A stretch of DNA of 25,130 bases from Candidatus Micrarchaeota archaeon (GTDB lineage: Archaea; Micrarchaeota; Micrarchaeia; Anstonellales; Bilamarchaeaceae), in NCBI GenBank assembly GCA_037440825.1, contig JBBITJ010000014.1, forward strand, positions 1 through 25,130, written 5' to 3'. A program made the translations under genes and the position numbers. This document shows, in pieces, positions 9,601 to 17,636 of this stretch (positions are counted from its first letter, which is position 1; each line of letters begins with the position of its first letter). Under the pieces are notes generated by a model. The model was not told the origin of the DNA. It saw nothing but the letters and a program-made list of their open reading frames with translations, and did not search any database.

Positions 9601-11052
9601 TATTACCTCTACAACATAACAATGAACGACAGCGCAGGAAACCTGAACCGCACGGAAACGAGGAACCTATCCATAGACTCATCGCTGCCGCAAATCAACT
9701 ACACAGATGCGAGCACAGCTGACAACGCGTACATAAACACGAATACCGCGTATTTCGAAGCGGCTTACAGCGAATCCAACCCGAGCGCATGTACGCTCGC
9801 ATTCAACGGAACGAACAGCACGATGGTGATGAACGCCACGCACTGCTACATAAACAAGCTCATATTCTCCGACGGCTACTACGAGTACAACATCACGCTC
9901 AACGACACTTCCGGGAATTCCAATACCACCCAAACAAGGAACATTACTCGCGATACGGCGGCGCCAGCAATAGCGATAAACTCGCCTGCGAACGACTCCT
10001 ACTTCCAGTTCAACAACGTAGTGGTGAATTACACCGTGAGCGACGCGAACCTCAATTTCACCAACATTTCAATATACAATTCCACAGGCGAGCTGCTCAA
10101 TTCCACCCTTGACCTCAATTCCTCTTCAGGAACCCGCACGATATCCTTATACGTGGCTGCTGGCGACGGGTACAACATAACTGCGACGGCCTACGATCTC
10201 GCGGGCAATTCCAACAGCAGCACCAGCCAGAACGTTTCAGTAGCCACATCAGTGCCTGTCACCACCGCGACAGGGGTGAAGGCCGACGGCTCACCATACT
10301 CATTTGGCACCAAGACGAACTCCGCGTACGTGAACGTCACGCTCTCGTGCAGCGCTGCCCTGGGCTGCGACACCACGCTCTACTGCCTCGATTCGGCGAA
10401 TAGCTGCGCGCCAACGATCGCCTATTCAGGCACGATCCAGATCTCCACGCAGGGCACCAGCTACATCAGATACTGGAGCAACGACAGCGTGGGCACGCAG
10501 GAGGAGACGAAGAACAAGACGATAATAATATTCACGGGCAACCTGGTGAGCGCCTGCTCGGCGATAAACGACATTGGGACTATGAACTACCTGGATACTG
10601 ACCTTGTTGCAGCGGAGAACGAAAGCTGCCTCGCGATAAATGCCGACAACATAACGCTTGATTGCGAAGGCCATTCAATAAGCGGAAGCGGCTCCCCGCT
10701 CGCTAACACGTACGGCATACTTGCAGACGGAAGGCTCAACATCACCGTAAAGAACTGCAACGTGAGCGGGTTCGCGAGCGGCATAAACCTCTATTACACC
10801 AATGAGAGCGCCGTAATGAACGTCTCGGTGTCCTCTAACGTTAATGGAGTGCTGCTCCAGAGCGCCTACCTCAACACGATTTCCAGCTCCACCGGCACAG
10901 GCAACGGAGTCGCGTTCTACCTCCAGGATTCCTCGAACAACACCCTGGATTCCCTTACTGCATTCGGGAACGGCTACGGCATATACATATTCGGGGACAG
11001 CACCAGCAACGTGCTCACGAACATCAGCAGCTACGGCAACGACTACGATTGA
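6619..11052 (+). CDS. Giant secreted surface/adhesin-like protein (propeller-like N-terminus, Ig-like tandem repeats, C-terminal beta-helix)
   Basis: Signal-like MFALFLILIISISYA; recurring WNGxxW motifs; PPAPP linker; Cys-containing DxTAP repeats; NosD/pectin-lyase-like end (NITLDCEGHSISG...YGI...NITVKNC); many N-x-S/T sequons; the ORF is open from 6556, with alternative starts at 6556 and 6565. Confidence 0.8.
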   Translation: MFALFLILIISISYATDAIAAYRSNTGTSTLSSPKIRYWNSSGTGTWGAEVELPTAGSPIRYLVIKTSPISNKTVLVTLSDDGYLDAYVCNSNCGSAGSWTATNNIGQVWTTAAAQRRFDVDFETVSGDAIVVYSVLNTGTANDLAYKVLPAAATSFTGITEQYIDDTGHAKDLTYTWVDVDCKPGGASDECIMVGFDSTDNDENAWVWNGSAWGNQVSLSDAATATGGYQAQAVKYAADGSKGMAVGGHSTSGLVQYKYWNGTSWSGTASFDIDAADALDLRYIMMKADPATDDIQAFFTDSGSDLGTAYWNGATWTVTSNIDTAVDSATTRTVGFEWNPSGSTGILVWDTDTTGTTISTRVCSPQCTASTVTKSTYAGTGAWMTLFSNPTNSDTVNILGLRLNRNFDIGSFYFDGTNYVNYNDGALTNDTTVSTFEAYDLAFYKPPAPPAATITLNSPANNTNFSSSSITLNWTPANFAGNPTCNVTRNGTLIFTGTCTNGVACTTTNTTSDGLWVWNVTCAYTSTTKVSETRQFRVDTTAPTTSASAVDDLGLPYTFGTPTTSSYVNVTLSCSDSGGIGCSVTQYCTDTTNTCTPNTNYTGVVQISTAGTSYIRFRSNDSVGNLETTQSRTIIIQADAAAPTTTATAVQANGSAYTFDTWTNSSYVNVTLTCDDGGGSGCAVTQYCTDVTNSCTPSLTYSAPVQISTVGTSYIRFRSNDSVGNLETTNNKTIRIDLTAPTTTATAVQANGTPYTFNTWTNSTYVNVTLTCNDGTGSGCNITQYCTDATNTCTPSTAYSVPVQISAEGTTYIRYRANDSAGNLEAVKNQTVKIDRTAPALDYTAASIANNIYTNSTSAYIEISYSEANPDTCTLAFNGTNYSMTRNSTHCYINKATFTDGYYIYNVTLNDSLGNSNTTATRNMTLDRTAPQIAYTANNEPDNAFLNRSWAYFEITYTETNPQNCTLFLNGTQYAMNRNSTNCYYNATGLTDGYYLYNITMNDSAGNLNRTETRNLSIDSSLPQINYTDASTADNAYINTNTAYFEAAYSESNPSACTLAFNGTNSTMVMNATHCYINKLIFSDGYYEYNITLNDTSGNSNTTQTRNITRDTAAPAIAINSPANDSYFQFNNVVVNYTVSDANLNFTNISIYNSTGELLNSTLDLNSSSGTRTISLYVAAGDGYNITATAYDLAGNSNSSTSQNVSVATSVPVTTATGVKADGSPYSFGTKTNSAYVNVTLSCSAALGCDTTLYCLDSANSCAPTIAYSGTIQISTQGTSYIRYWSNDSVGTQEETKNKTIIIFTGNLVSACSAINDIGTMNYLDTDLVAAENESCLAINADNITLDCEGHSISGSGSPLANTYGILADGRLNITVKNCNVSGFASGINLYYTNESAVMNVSVSSNVNGVLLQSAYLNTISSSTGTGNGVAFYLQDSSNNTLDSLTAFGNGYGIYIFGDSTSNVLTNISSYGNDYD
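8236..9123 (+). repeat. Three tandem ~98-100-aa coding repeats (type A); a fourth copy lies at ~10243-10530
   Basis: Units start at 8236, 8536 and 8830: D..APTT.A.AV...YTF...YVNVTL.C.D...GC..TQYCTD.TN.CTP...VQIS..GT.YIR.R.NDS.GNLE. Confidence 0.9.
9124..9951 (+). repeat. Three tandem 92-aa (276 nt) coding repeats (type B)
   Basis: Units start at 9124, 9400 and 9676: D...P...YT...AY.E..Y.E.NP..CTL..NGT...M..N.T.CY.N...DGYY.YN.T.ND..GN.N.T.TRN. Confidence 0.9.
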
Positions 11053-11061
11053 TTTTAAAAC

Positions 11062-12822
11062 ATGACAAGAGATGTGGAACCTATGCTCGAAACCCAGATC
11101 GACGCAATAATCTCGCTCGCCCTGAAATCCAAGAACAAGTTCGTCTCGTTCAAGGAAGCGGCGGAAAAGACCAAGCTCCTTCCGCAGGACATAGAAGGGC
11201 TCGCGCGCGTGCTGGAAAAGAGCAAGATTGTCGAGACTTCCTACCCGCTAAATCCCTTCGCGCAGCCTGGCTTCAAGGTGATAAAGGAGCTTCCGCTCCC
11301 CCCGCTCCCGCTGCTGCCCAAGGGCGAAATAGTGGAAAAATACACCGTAGCGGACGAGTCCGGGCACGCAGTAGGGGAAGTGCAGATCATCTTCAACCCC
11401 AATGACAAGAGGAACAACTACCACATGAAGCGGGATTCGCTGAGCGGCTATACTCAAATCTACCTGGACTACCTGAAGGACCGCGTCGCGATGGACCTCC
11501 CCCCTGAGACCTCGCAGATGAGCGACGAGGAGAGGAAAAAGCTCGTGTACAAGCAGCAGTGCGAGATAACTGAAAACTACCTTGGGAAGATAGAGAAGGA
11601 CAAATCCAAAGTGAGGTTCATGTGCGGCGTCGTCCGGAGCTCGATGTTCGGGTTCGGGGAGATGGATACGCTGATAAACGACGACTGGCTGGAGGAAATA
11701 GCGATAAACGATTCCGCCACCCCTGTCCTGGTCTACCACAGGAAGCACGGCTGGCTCAAGTCCAACCTCAGGGTGGCGAGCGAGGAACAAACCGCCAATT
11801 ACTCATCACAGGTCGCGAGGCGCATAGGTAAGCAGATAAGCGTGCTCAACCCGATACTGGACGCGCACCTGCTGAGCGGAGACCGTGTCAACGCCACATT
11901 CTCCCCTGTATCCATAAAGGGGAACACGTTCACGATAAGGCGCTTCGCGCGCAACCCCTGGACCCTCACGCACTTCGTGAGCTCTAAATTCGGCAGCCTC
12001 ACCCCTGAGATGGGCGGCCTGCTCTGGCAGGCGATACATTACGAGATGAACGTGCTCGTCGCAGGAGGGACCGCGAGCGGAAAGACGAGCATGCTCAACG
12101 CGCTCATGATGTTCGTGCCGCCCTACCAGCGCATAGTCTCCATAGAGGACACGCGCGAAATCACGCTTCCGAGCATGCACTGGAACTGGGTTCCAATGGT
12201 CACGAGGCTTCCCAACCCTGAAGGCTTGGGCGAAGTGACCATGCTCGACCTCATGGTGAACGCGCTGCGTATGCGCCCGGACCGCATAATAGTGGGAGAA
12301 ATAAGGCGCAGCGATGAAGCGAGGGTACTTTTCGAAGCCATGCACACAGGGCATTCAGTTTACTCAACTTTGCACGCGGACACGGGCTTGCAGGTGGTGC
12401 GCCGCCTCGTGGAGCCGCCAATAGAGGTGCCGCCCTCTGAAATAGACGCGATAAACCTCGTGCTCGTGCAGTACAGGGACAGGAGGAGGAACATCAGGCG
12501 CACATACGAGATCTCCGAAATAGTCTCGAGCGCCGGAATCCCTGACATCAACAAATCATACCTGTGGAGGGCGAGGAGCGACAAGTTCGAGCTCGCCAAC
12601 CCGCCGAACAAGTACGTCCAGAGCCTCAATCTGCATACGGGAATGACCGAGAAGGAGATTTACGAGGACCAGCGCAGGAAGGCGAACGTGCTCAGGTGGA
12701 TGGACAAGCACGGCTACAGCGAGATAGAGCAGGTCGGCCGGGTAGTCAAATCCTATTACTCAGACGAGGCCTCCATATTCGACGCCGCGGAGAAGGACCT
12801 CGACCCCGACAAGGTGCTCTGA
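11062..12822 (+). CDS. Type II/IV secretion (pilus assembly) ATPase, VirB11/CpaF/ArlI family
   Basis: LEEIAIN, FTIRRF, Walker A GGTASGKT, Asp box SIEDTRE, ALRMRPDRIIVGEIR (Walker B), His box TGHSVYSTLHA. Confidence 0.95.
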   Translation: MTRDVEPMLETQIDAIISLALKSKNKFVSFKEAAEKTKLLPQDIEGLARVLEKSKIVETSYPLNPFAQPGFKVIKELPLPPLPLLPKGEIVEKYTVADESGHAVGEVQIIFNPNDKRNNYHMKRDSLSGYTQIYLDYLKDRVAMDLPPETSQMSDEERKKLVYKQQCEITENYLGKIEKDKSKVRFMCGVVRSSMFGFGEMDTLINDDWLEEIAINDSATPVLVYHRKHGWLKSNLRVASEEQTANYSSQVARRIGKQISVLNPILDAHLLSGDRVNATFSPVSIKGNTFTIRRFARNPWTLTHFVSSKFGSLTPEMGGLLWQAIHYEMNVLVAGGTASGKTSMLNALMMFVPPYQRIVSIEDTREITLPSMHWNWVPMVTRLPNPEGLGEVTMLDLMVNALRMRPDRIIVGEIRRSDEARVLFEAMHTGHSVYSTLHADTGLQVVRRLVEPPIEVPPSEIDAINLVLVQYRDRRRNIRRTYEISEIVSSAGIPDINKSYLWRARSDKFELANPPNKYVQSLNLHTGMTEKEIYEDQRRKANVLRWMDKHGYSEIEQVGRVVKSYYSDEASIFDAAEKDLDPDKVL

Positions 12823-12824
12823 AT

Positions 12825-13715
12825 ATGGCAGCCTCGGTCGCGAGCCCGCTTGTCTTCGTGTCTCTGGAAAGCGGACAGAAGATAGCGGACAGGTTCAGAG
12901 GCATAATCTCCAAGGTGCTCGCGTTATTCCCCTCGCTGAAATACAATCTGCGCACGCTCGGCATAATGGAGGTCGAGGCGTACGTGGCAGCGAGCCTCGC
13001 GTCCTCACTCCTGCTCGCACTCATGTTCGGCGGAGTCGCGTTCGCTGCTCTCCAGCAGACCGGAAAGACCGACACTGCGTTAAGATACTCGCTCGTGTCC
13101 GCGATAGCTATATTCACCACGTTCTTCATATTCAACATATTCTACCCCGGCATAAGGACCAAGACAGTCGCAGGGAAGATAGACCGTGACCTCATGTTCG
13201 CGCTCAAGGACATGCTCATGCAGGTTGAAAGCGGCATTCCGCTCTACGAGGCGATGGTGAACATCTCCAGATCCAGCTACGGCCTCGTCTCATCCGAATT
13301 CGGGCTGGTTGTGAAGGAGATAAGCGGCGGAACCCCGGAAACGGTCGCCTTGCAGCGCACCGCGCTCAAGACCAAGAGCGAATTCTTCAGGAAGGCGCTC
13401 TGGCAGCTCATCAGCTCCATGGAAAAGGGCGCGCGCCTCGGCCCTGCGCTGCGCAGCGTGATAGAGACCATGGAAAACTACACCTACAAGTCAATAAAGG
13501 ACTATTCAGGGACCCTCAACTTCGTCGTCCTCATCTACATGCTTACTGCAGCAGCGATCCCTTCATTGGGCATAACGTTCTTCATAGTCCTGTCCGCCTT
13601 CGGAGGGATGGGGGTGGACGAGCGCACGATCGCGATGATCGTAGGAAGCTCGCTCGTGGCGCAGATGGTGCTGATAGGTTTCGTGAACAGCGGGAGGCCC
13701 GCGGTGTACGAATGA
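12825..13715 (+). CDS. Type II secretion system F / TadC-like membrane platform protein
   Basis: Two N-terminal TM helices, IDRDLMFALKDMLMQVESGIPLYEAM..I...YG.VS.EF, C-terminal TM helices; ATG 12825 just after the ATPase stop. Confidence 0.88.
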   Translation: MAASVASPLVFVSLESGQKIADRFRGIISKVLALFPSLKYNLRTLGIMEVEAYVAASLASSLLLALMFGGVAFAALQQTGKTDTALRYSLVSAIAIFTTFFIFNIFYPGIRTKTVAGKIDRDLMFALKDMLMQVESGIPLYEAMVNISRSSYGLVSSEFGLVVKEISGGTPETVALQRTALKTKSEFFRKALWQLISSMEKGARLGPALRSVIETMENYTYKSIKDYSGTLNFVVLIYMLTAAAIPSLGITFFIVLSAFGGMGVDERTIAMIVGSSLVAQMVLIGFVNSGRPAVYE

Positions 13716-13763
13716 TGGAATTAGGCAAGAATGAGGATATGAGACGCTGACGAGAATGATCCA

Positions 13764-14792
13764 ATGGTGCTGAAAAGGATATACTTCGCCCTCGGGCGCC
13801 TCTATCCGGCGCGCATGCAGCCTTCGCTCCAGCGCACGCTCATCCATTCAGGCATAGACGAGGAAGTGGAGCTGTGGGTAGGCCGCGCGATAACGCTCAC
13901 AATCCTCATTTCATTGCTGTTTTCGATGCTGCCAGTCGTATTCATAAGGCAGCTCACCTTCCTCAATGCAGGATTCCTTCCGCTCAACCAGCTCATCATA
14001 AGATTCTCCGTCCCGGTGTTCGTGTTCACAGCCGCAATCATGGCAATACTCTATTACATCTATCTTTTCTACCGCGTACAGGAGAGGACGTACGCGATAG
14101 AGAAGGTGCTCCCAGATTTCCTGCTCATAGTGGTGTCGAACCTCCATGCAGGCATGTCCCCTTACGCCGCCTTCGTGGGCGCCGCGAGGCCTGAGTTCGG
14201 GCCCCTGGAAGAGGAGATAAAGAAGGTCGCTGCAAAAACCTCGTCTTCGCAGTCCATAACCATCGCGCTCGCCGAGCTGTCCAGCCGCATAAACTCATCG
14301 ATATTCCACAAGATGATAATCTTTTTCGAGAAGGCGGTGCGCTCAGGAGGCCAGATAGCCAATATACTGCATTCGAGCGCGGATGAAATAAGAAAGGTGC
14401 AGGAGATGCGCGCCGAGCTCGTGTCCCAGACGAGGAGCTACACAATATTCCTCGGCTTCATACTCGTGATAATCGCGCCCTTCCTGCTGGCTGTCTCGAA
14501 CAACTTCCTCATGATGTTCCTGAAGATAGAGGAGCAGACGGTTGGCGGCGCATCCTCGTTCGAGCTTCCGATATTCCAGGGCACGGTGGACATAACCCCG
14601 GCGTTCGTGGAAACCACGAGCATAATTTTCCTCAGCTTTGCATCCCTCCTGGTTTCCCTGTTCATGGGCTCGATAATGAGGGGCAAGCCGCTCTACGGGA
14701 TAAAATATTTCCCTGTGCTGGCAGTGCTCGCCCTTGCGGTATACGTGTTCGCAAAAGGGCTGGTCGGAGACCTCATATTGTCTTTCGGATAA
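13764..14792 (+). CDS. Second type II secretion system F / TadC-like membrane protein
   Basis: IEKVLPDFLLIVVSNLHAGMS...ARPEFGPLEEEI, SGGQIANIL, multiple TM helices. Confidence 0.9.
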   Translation: MVLKRIYFALGRLYPARMQPSLQRTLIHSGIDEEVELWVGRAITLTILISLLFSMLPVVFIRQLTFLNAGFLPLNQLIIRFSVPVFVFTAAIMAILYYIYLFYRVQERTYAIEKVLPDFLLIVVSNLHAGMSPYAAFVGAARPEFGPLEEEIKKVAAKTSSSQSITIALAELSSRINSSIFHKMIIFFEKAVRSGGQIANILHSSADEIRKVQEMRAELVSQTRSYTIFLGFILVIIAPFLLAVSNNFLMMFLKIEEQTVGGASSFELPIFQGTVDITPAFVETTSIIFLSFASLLVSLFMGSIMRGKPLYGIKYFPVLAVLALAVYVFAKGLVGDLILSFG

Positions 14793-14909
14793 GCCCACGG
14801 CGAAGCAAGAGGCGGTCCCTGGTTTCCAGCCGCCTGATTCCGGCGCGGACCGCCAAATACCTTCCCCCTGAAGCAGTCAAGACCGAGAAACGGGAGAAGC
14901 TCAGCCGCG

Positions 14910-15635
14910 CTAGCGTCTAGCCATTTTATCCTTGAGCCTCCTTATCAGCCAGGACATCTTCTTGATCTGCGAGCGCAGCCTGCGCACTTCGGCATCCTTC
15001 CCTATTTCGGCGTATTTCGCGCCCTTCATCTTCTCGATCTCCGCTTCGAGCGCCCTTCCTCTTTGCCGCTCGGCTTCCAGCGCCTTCCTCAGGTTCACGT
15101 TCTCCGCAGTAATCGCCAGCAGTTCGTCCACCTTCCTCTGCGGTGCACCCCTCGTTTCGGGCTTCACTCTCTCAACAGGCTCCGTCTTCCTCTCCAGCAT
15201 GAGCTCCGCGCTCCTGAGCGGGTAGCCCTGGATCACGAGGTGCTTGAGCATATCCTTGTCCAATCCCGTTTCAAGCAGCTCTATTTGCCTGAGCCTGTTC
15301 GCATATTCCCTGTAGCACTTAACAGCCGCAGCGAGCGCATCCCTCTCGTGCAGGTTCTCCGTCTCTCCTGCAATCTCGCTCTTCTCCTTCTCGTGCATCA
15401 CCCTTCCCGGCTCGAAGCACCGCACGTTGAACCGCGCCGCAATCTTCAGCACGAAAGAAGGCGCGGGGCTCACGTCGCTTGCGACCATGCTGGGCACGCC
15501 GAGCTTCACTATCTCGGCAACTACGGCGTCCGCGTCAGCCTCCTTGAGCGTCCCGGACGCGACGAATTTCCCGCTCAAATCTATCGCCGCGAACGCAGTC
15601 TTTATGCCGGGGTCTATTCCTACAATGAGATGGAT
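14910..15635 (-). CDS. DUF460-like protein (RNase H-like domain plus coiled coil)
   Basis: In-frame HLIVGIDPGIKTAFAAIDLSG upstream of the tracked TTG at 15578; VASDVSPAP and HERDALAAA motifs; coiled-coil tail; start uncertain (ATC at 15635 proposed). Confidence 0.75.
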   Translation of the reverse strand: MHLIVGIDPGIKTAFAAIDLSGKFVASGTLKEADADAVVAEIVKLGVPSMVASDVSPAPSFVLKIAARFNVRCFEPGRVMHEKEKSEIAGETENLHERDALAAAVKCYREYANRLRQIELLETGLDKDMLKHLVIQGYPLRSAELMLERKTEPVERVKPETRGAPQRKVDELLAITAENVNLRKALEAERQRGRALEAEIEKMKGAKYAEIGKDAEVRRLRSQIKKMSWLIRRLKDKMARR

Positions 15636-15723
15636 GCTATCCCTCTAGATGTTCTTGTCTTCGCCTAAACCGCAGAGGGGGCTCGCTGCCCCTGAATACC
15701 CAGTTCGTTTCGTGTTAATCGCC

Positions 15724-16944
15724 CTATATTGTCTTTTCTTGTCTCAAAAATACCCTTCGTTCTATTCCGATGTTCCTGTCCACGTTCACTCCTGAGCTTA
15801 TCCAGCTTCCTGGCCCTATGGTCTTTCCGGGCATCACGCAGCTCAGCACGCCGAACTTCACATGGTCCCCTATCACTGCGCCGAATTTCTTCCTTCCTGT
15901 GTTCACCCAGCCGCTTTCGGTGAGCACGTTCACCACACTCTCGTCGAACCTGAAATTCGCGATCTGGGTTCCTGAGCCGAAATTCACGCCCTCCCCAACC
16001 ACGCTGTCTCCTATATATGAGAGGTGCTTCGCCTTCACTCCGTCGAAAAGTATGCTATTCTTCACAGTGGTGCTTTCGCCTATTTCGCAATTCCTCCCTA
16101 TGGAATTGTTCCCCCTGAGGTATGCATGCGGCCCCACTCTGCTTCCTGCGCCTATGTAATGCATTCCCTCGTCCACGTAGGAGTCGAATACCTCCGCGCC
16201 CTCCTCCATTATGAGCTTGCCTTTCACGGTGCTGTTCTCCACCTTGCCCGTATTTGCCTCCATCTTCTTCAGGAGGTAGTCCTGCGCCTCGAAAAGGTTC
16301 CACGGATAAGCGACGTCCATCCAGAAACAATCCGTTTCCACGCATTTAGCTCCTACGAGCACATCAGTCAGTTCATATTCCCCGCGCAGGCTCGGAGTGA
16401 TGGCCTCCAGTTTCGCAAAAACGGTTTCGTCCATGCAGTAAATTGAAATGTTCGCAAGGTTTCCTTTCGGATTCTCCGGCTTCTCCTCCAGCGCAGCCAC
16501 TTTCCCGTCCTTCACTTCCAAGACTCCGTAGTGCTTCGGGTTCTCCATCTGCTTTGCAGCGAGCGTTATACCGCCGGAATGCGCAGCAATCACCTTTTTT
16601 ATCACATCCGCCTCAGTTATCAGGTCTCCTGCTATAACCAAGAAATTGCCGCTGATTTTCCCTTTCGCCGAGAGGAGCGCGGCACCTGTGCCGTATTTCT
16701 CCCCCTGCTCCAAGAATTCGATTTTCATTCCGAGGCTGTTCCTCGCATCTGAAAAATATTCCTCTATCTTCTCCTTCCTGTATTTCACGATTATGAGAGC
16801 TTCGCTTATGCCCGCTTTCTTCACTTCGTTTAGCACATGCCAGAGCAGGGGCTTGCCTGCCGTATACACCATGGCCTTGGGCCTCGTGAATGTGAGGGGG
16901 TGCATCCGCCTGCCTTCCCCTGCTGCAAGTATTACTGCTTTCAT
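15724..16944 (-). CDS. glmU: Archaeal bifunctional sugar-1-phosphate nucleotidylyltransferase/acetyltransferase (GlmU-like)
   Basis: MKAVILAAGEGRRMHPLTFTRPK, EEKP, RGEYELTD, hexapeptide region with HLSYIGDSVVG and TGRKKFGAVIGD. Confidence 0.88.
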   Translation of the reverse strand: MKAVILAAGEGRRMHPLTFTRPKAMVYTAGKPLLWHVLNEVKKAGISEALIIVKYRKEKIEEYFSDARNSLGMKIEFLEQGEKYGTGAALLSAKGKISGNFLVIAGDLITEADVIKKVIAAHSGGITLAAKQMENPKHYGVLEVKDGKVAALEEKPENPKGNLANISIYCMDETVFAKLEAITPSLRGEYELTDVLVGAKCVETDCFWMDVAYPWNLFEAQDYLLKKMEANTGKVENSTVKGKLIMEEGAEVFDSYVDEGMHYIGAGSRVGPHAYLRGNNSIGRNCEIGESTTVKNSILFDGVKAKHLSYIGDSVVGEGVNFGSGTQIANFRFDESVVNVLTESGWVNTGRKKFGAVIGDHVKFGVLSCVMPGKTIGPGSWISSGVNVDRNIGIERRVFLRQEKTI

Positions 16945-16973
16945 CTTCCCACCGCTGAAAATTCACACTCGCT

Positions 16974-17004
16974 TTTTATAATCCTGCCCGTTGCGCTTAT
17001 AAAT
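16974..17004. promoter_or_regulatory. Divergent TATA boxes for glmU (-) and the toxin-antitoxin operon (+)
   Basis: TTATAAAA on the minus strand (16981-16974) and TTATAAAT on the plus strand (16997-17004), each about 30 nt from its start codon. Confidence 0.6.
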
Positions 17005-17011
17005 TTAACGC

Positions 17012-17025
17012 CGTATAATTATACG
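17012..17025. promoter_or_regulatory. Perfect 14-bp palindrome, probable antitoxin operator
   Basis: CGTATAATTATACG between the TATA box and the antitoxin ATG (17033). Confidence 0.7.
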
Positions 17026-17032
17026 TGATTTT

Positions 17033-17257
17033 ATGGGAACCCACGAAGAGCTCATACATGGCAAGGTCAAGAAGGTCGGCAATTCCGTCGCGATATTCGT
17101 CACGGCTGAGGAGAGGGAAAAATACCGCCTCTTCCCGGAGACCGAGGTCGTGCTCGCTCTCAGGAAAAAGAAGGTCGTGAGGAGCATATTCGGCATCACT
17201 AAAGGGAAGCTCGGTCCCTTCACAGAAAAGGACAGGATGGATTACCATGGCGAGTGA
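17033..17257 (+). CDS. AbrB/MazE/SpoVT-family antitoxin (VapB-like)
   Basis: KVKKVGNSVAIFV N-terminal motif, SIFG..KG C-terminal motif; overlaps the PIN gene. Confidence 0.8.
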   Translation: MGTHEELIHGKVKKVGNSVAIFVTAEEREKYRLFPETEVVLALRKKKVVRSIFGITKGKLGPFTEKDRMDYHGE

Positions 17258-17636
17258 AATCGTTCTGGACGCTTCCGCGCTGGTGGAATACGCTGACGCA
17301 ACCCGGAAAGGGAAGCTCGTGCAGGAAATCATAGAGCATGGAGACAGCATAGTGGTGGTGCCGTCCATAGTGCTCGGCGAGTTCGCGAGCCTGCTCGAGC
17401 GCAGGGGGTTCGACAGCGAAAAAGCGCTCGCCCCTCTCCTCGAGTTCGTGATTCCTGCGGACGTGAAGGCGCACCATTGCATAAAGGCGGGCAGAAGGCA
17501 TTCGGCGCTCAGGAAAATGGAAAAGGACATCTCGCTTGCGGATTGCATCGTGATGGAGATAGCGCACGAGCACGACGCGATGATCCTGACCACTGATTCG
17601 CATTTCAGGCATTACAAGAACGCCAGGATATTATGA
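17247..17636 (+). CDS. vapC: PIN-domain toxin (VapC-like)
   Basis: IVLDASAL, PSIVLGE, SLADC, ILTTDSHF acidic PIN motifs; 129 aa. Confidence 0.9.
   Translation: MASEIVLDASALVEYADATRKGKLVQEIIEHGDSIVVVPSIVLGEFASLLERRGFDSEKALAPLLEFVIPADVKAHHCIKAGRRHSALRKMEKDISLADCIVMEIAHEHDAMILTTDSHFRHYKNARIL

Noticed and set aside
8236..10530. Diversity-generating retroelement template/variable repeat pair
   Set aside because: The repeats are in-frame tandem protein domains whose differences are not adenine-specific, and no reverse transcriptase is nearby
12564..12824. N-terminal extension of the first TadC-like ORF
   Set aside because: Overlaps the ATPase 3' end in another frame; ATG 12825 gives a normal protein
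13716..13763. GAATGA-like short repeats between the two TadC genes
   Set aside because: Too few and too irregular to call; they do not match the heptamer consensus
11062..14792. Archaellum (arlI/arlJ) operon
   Set aside because: Two separate TadC-like genes, and no archaellin, ArlH, ArlF or ArlG
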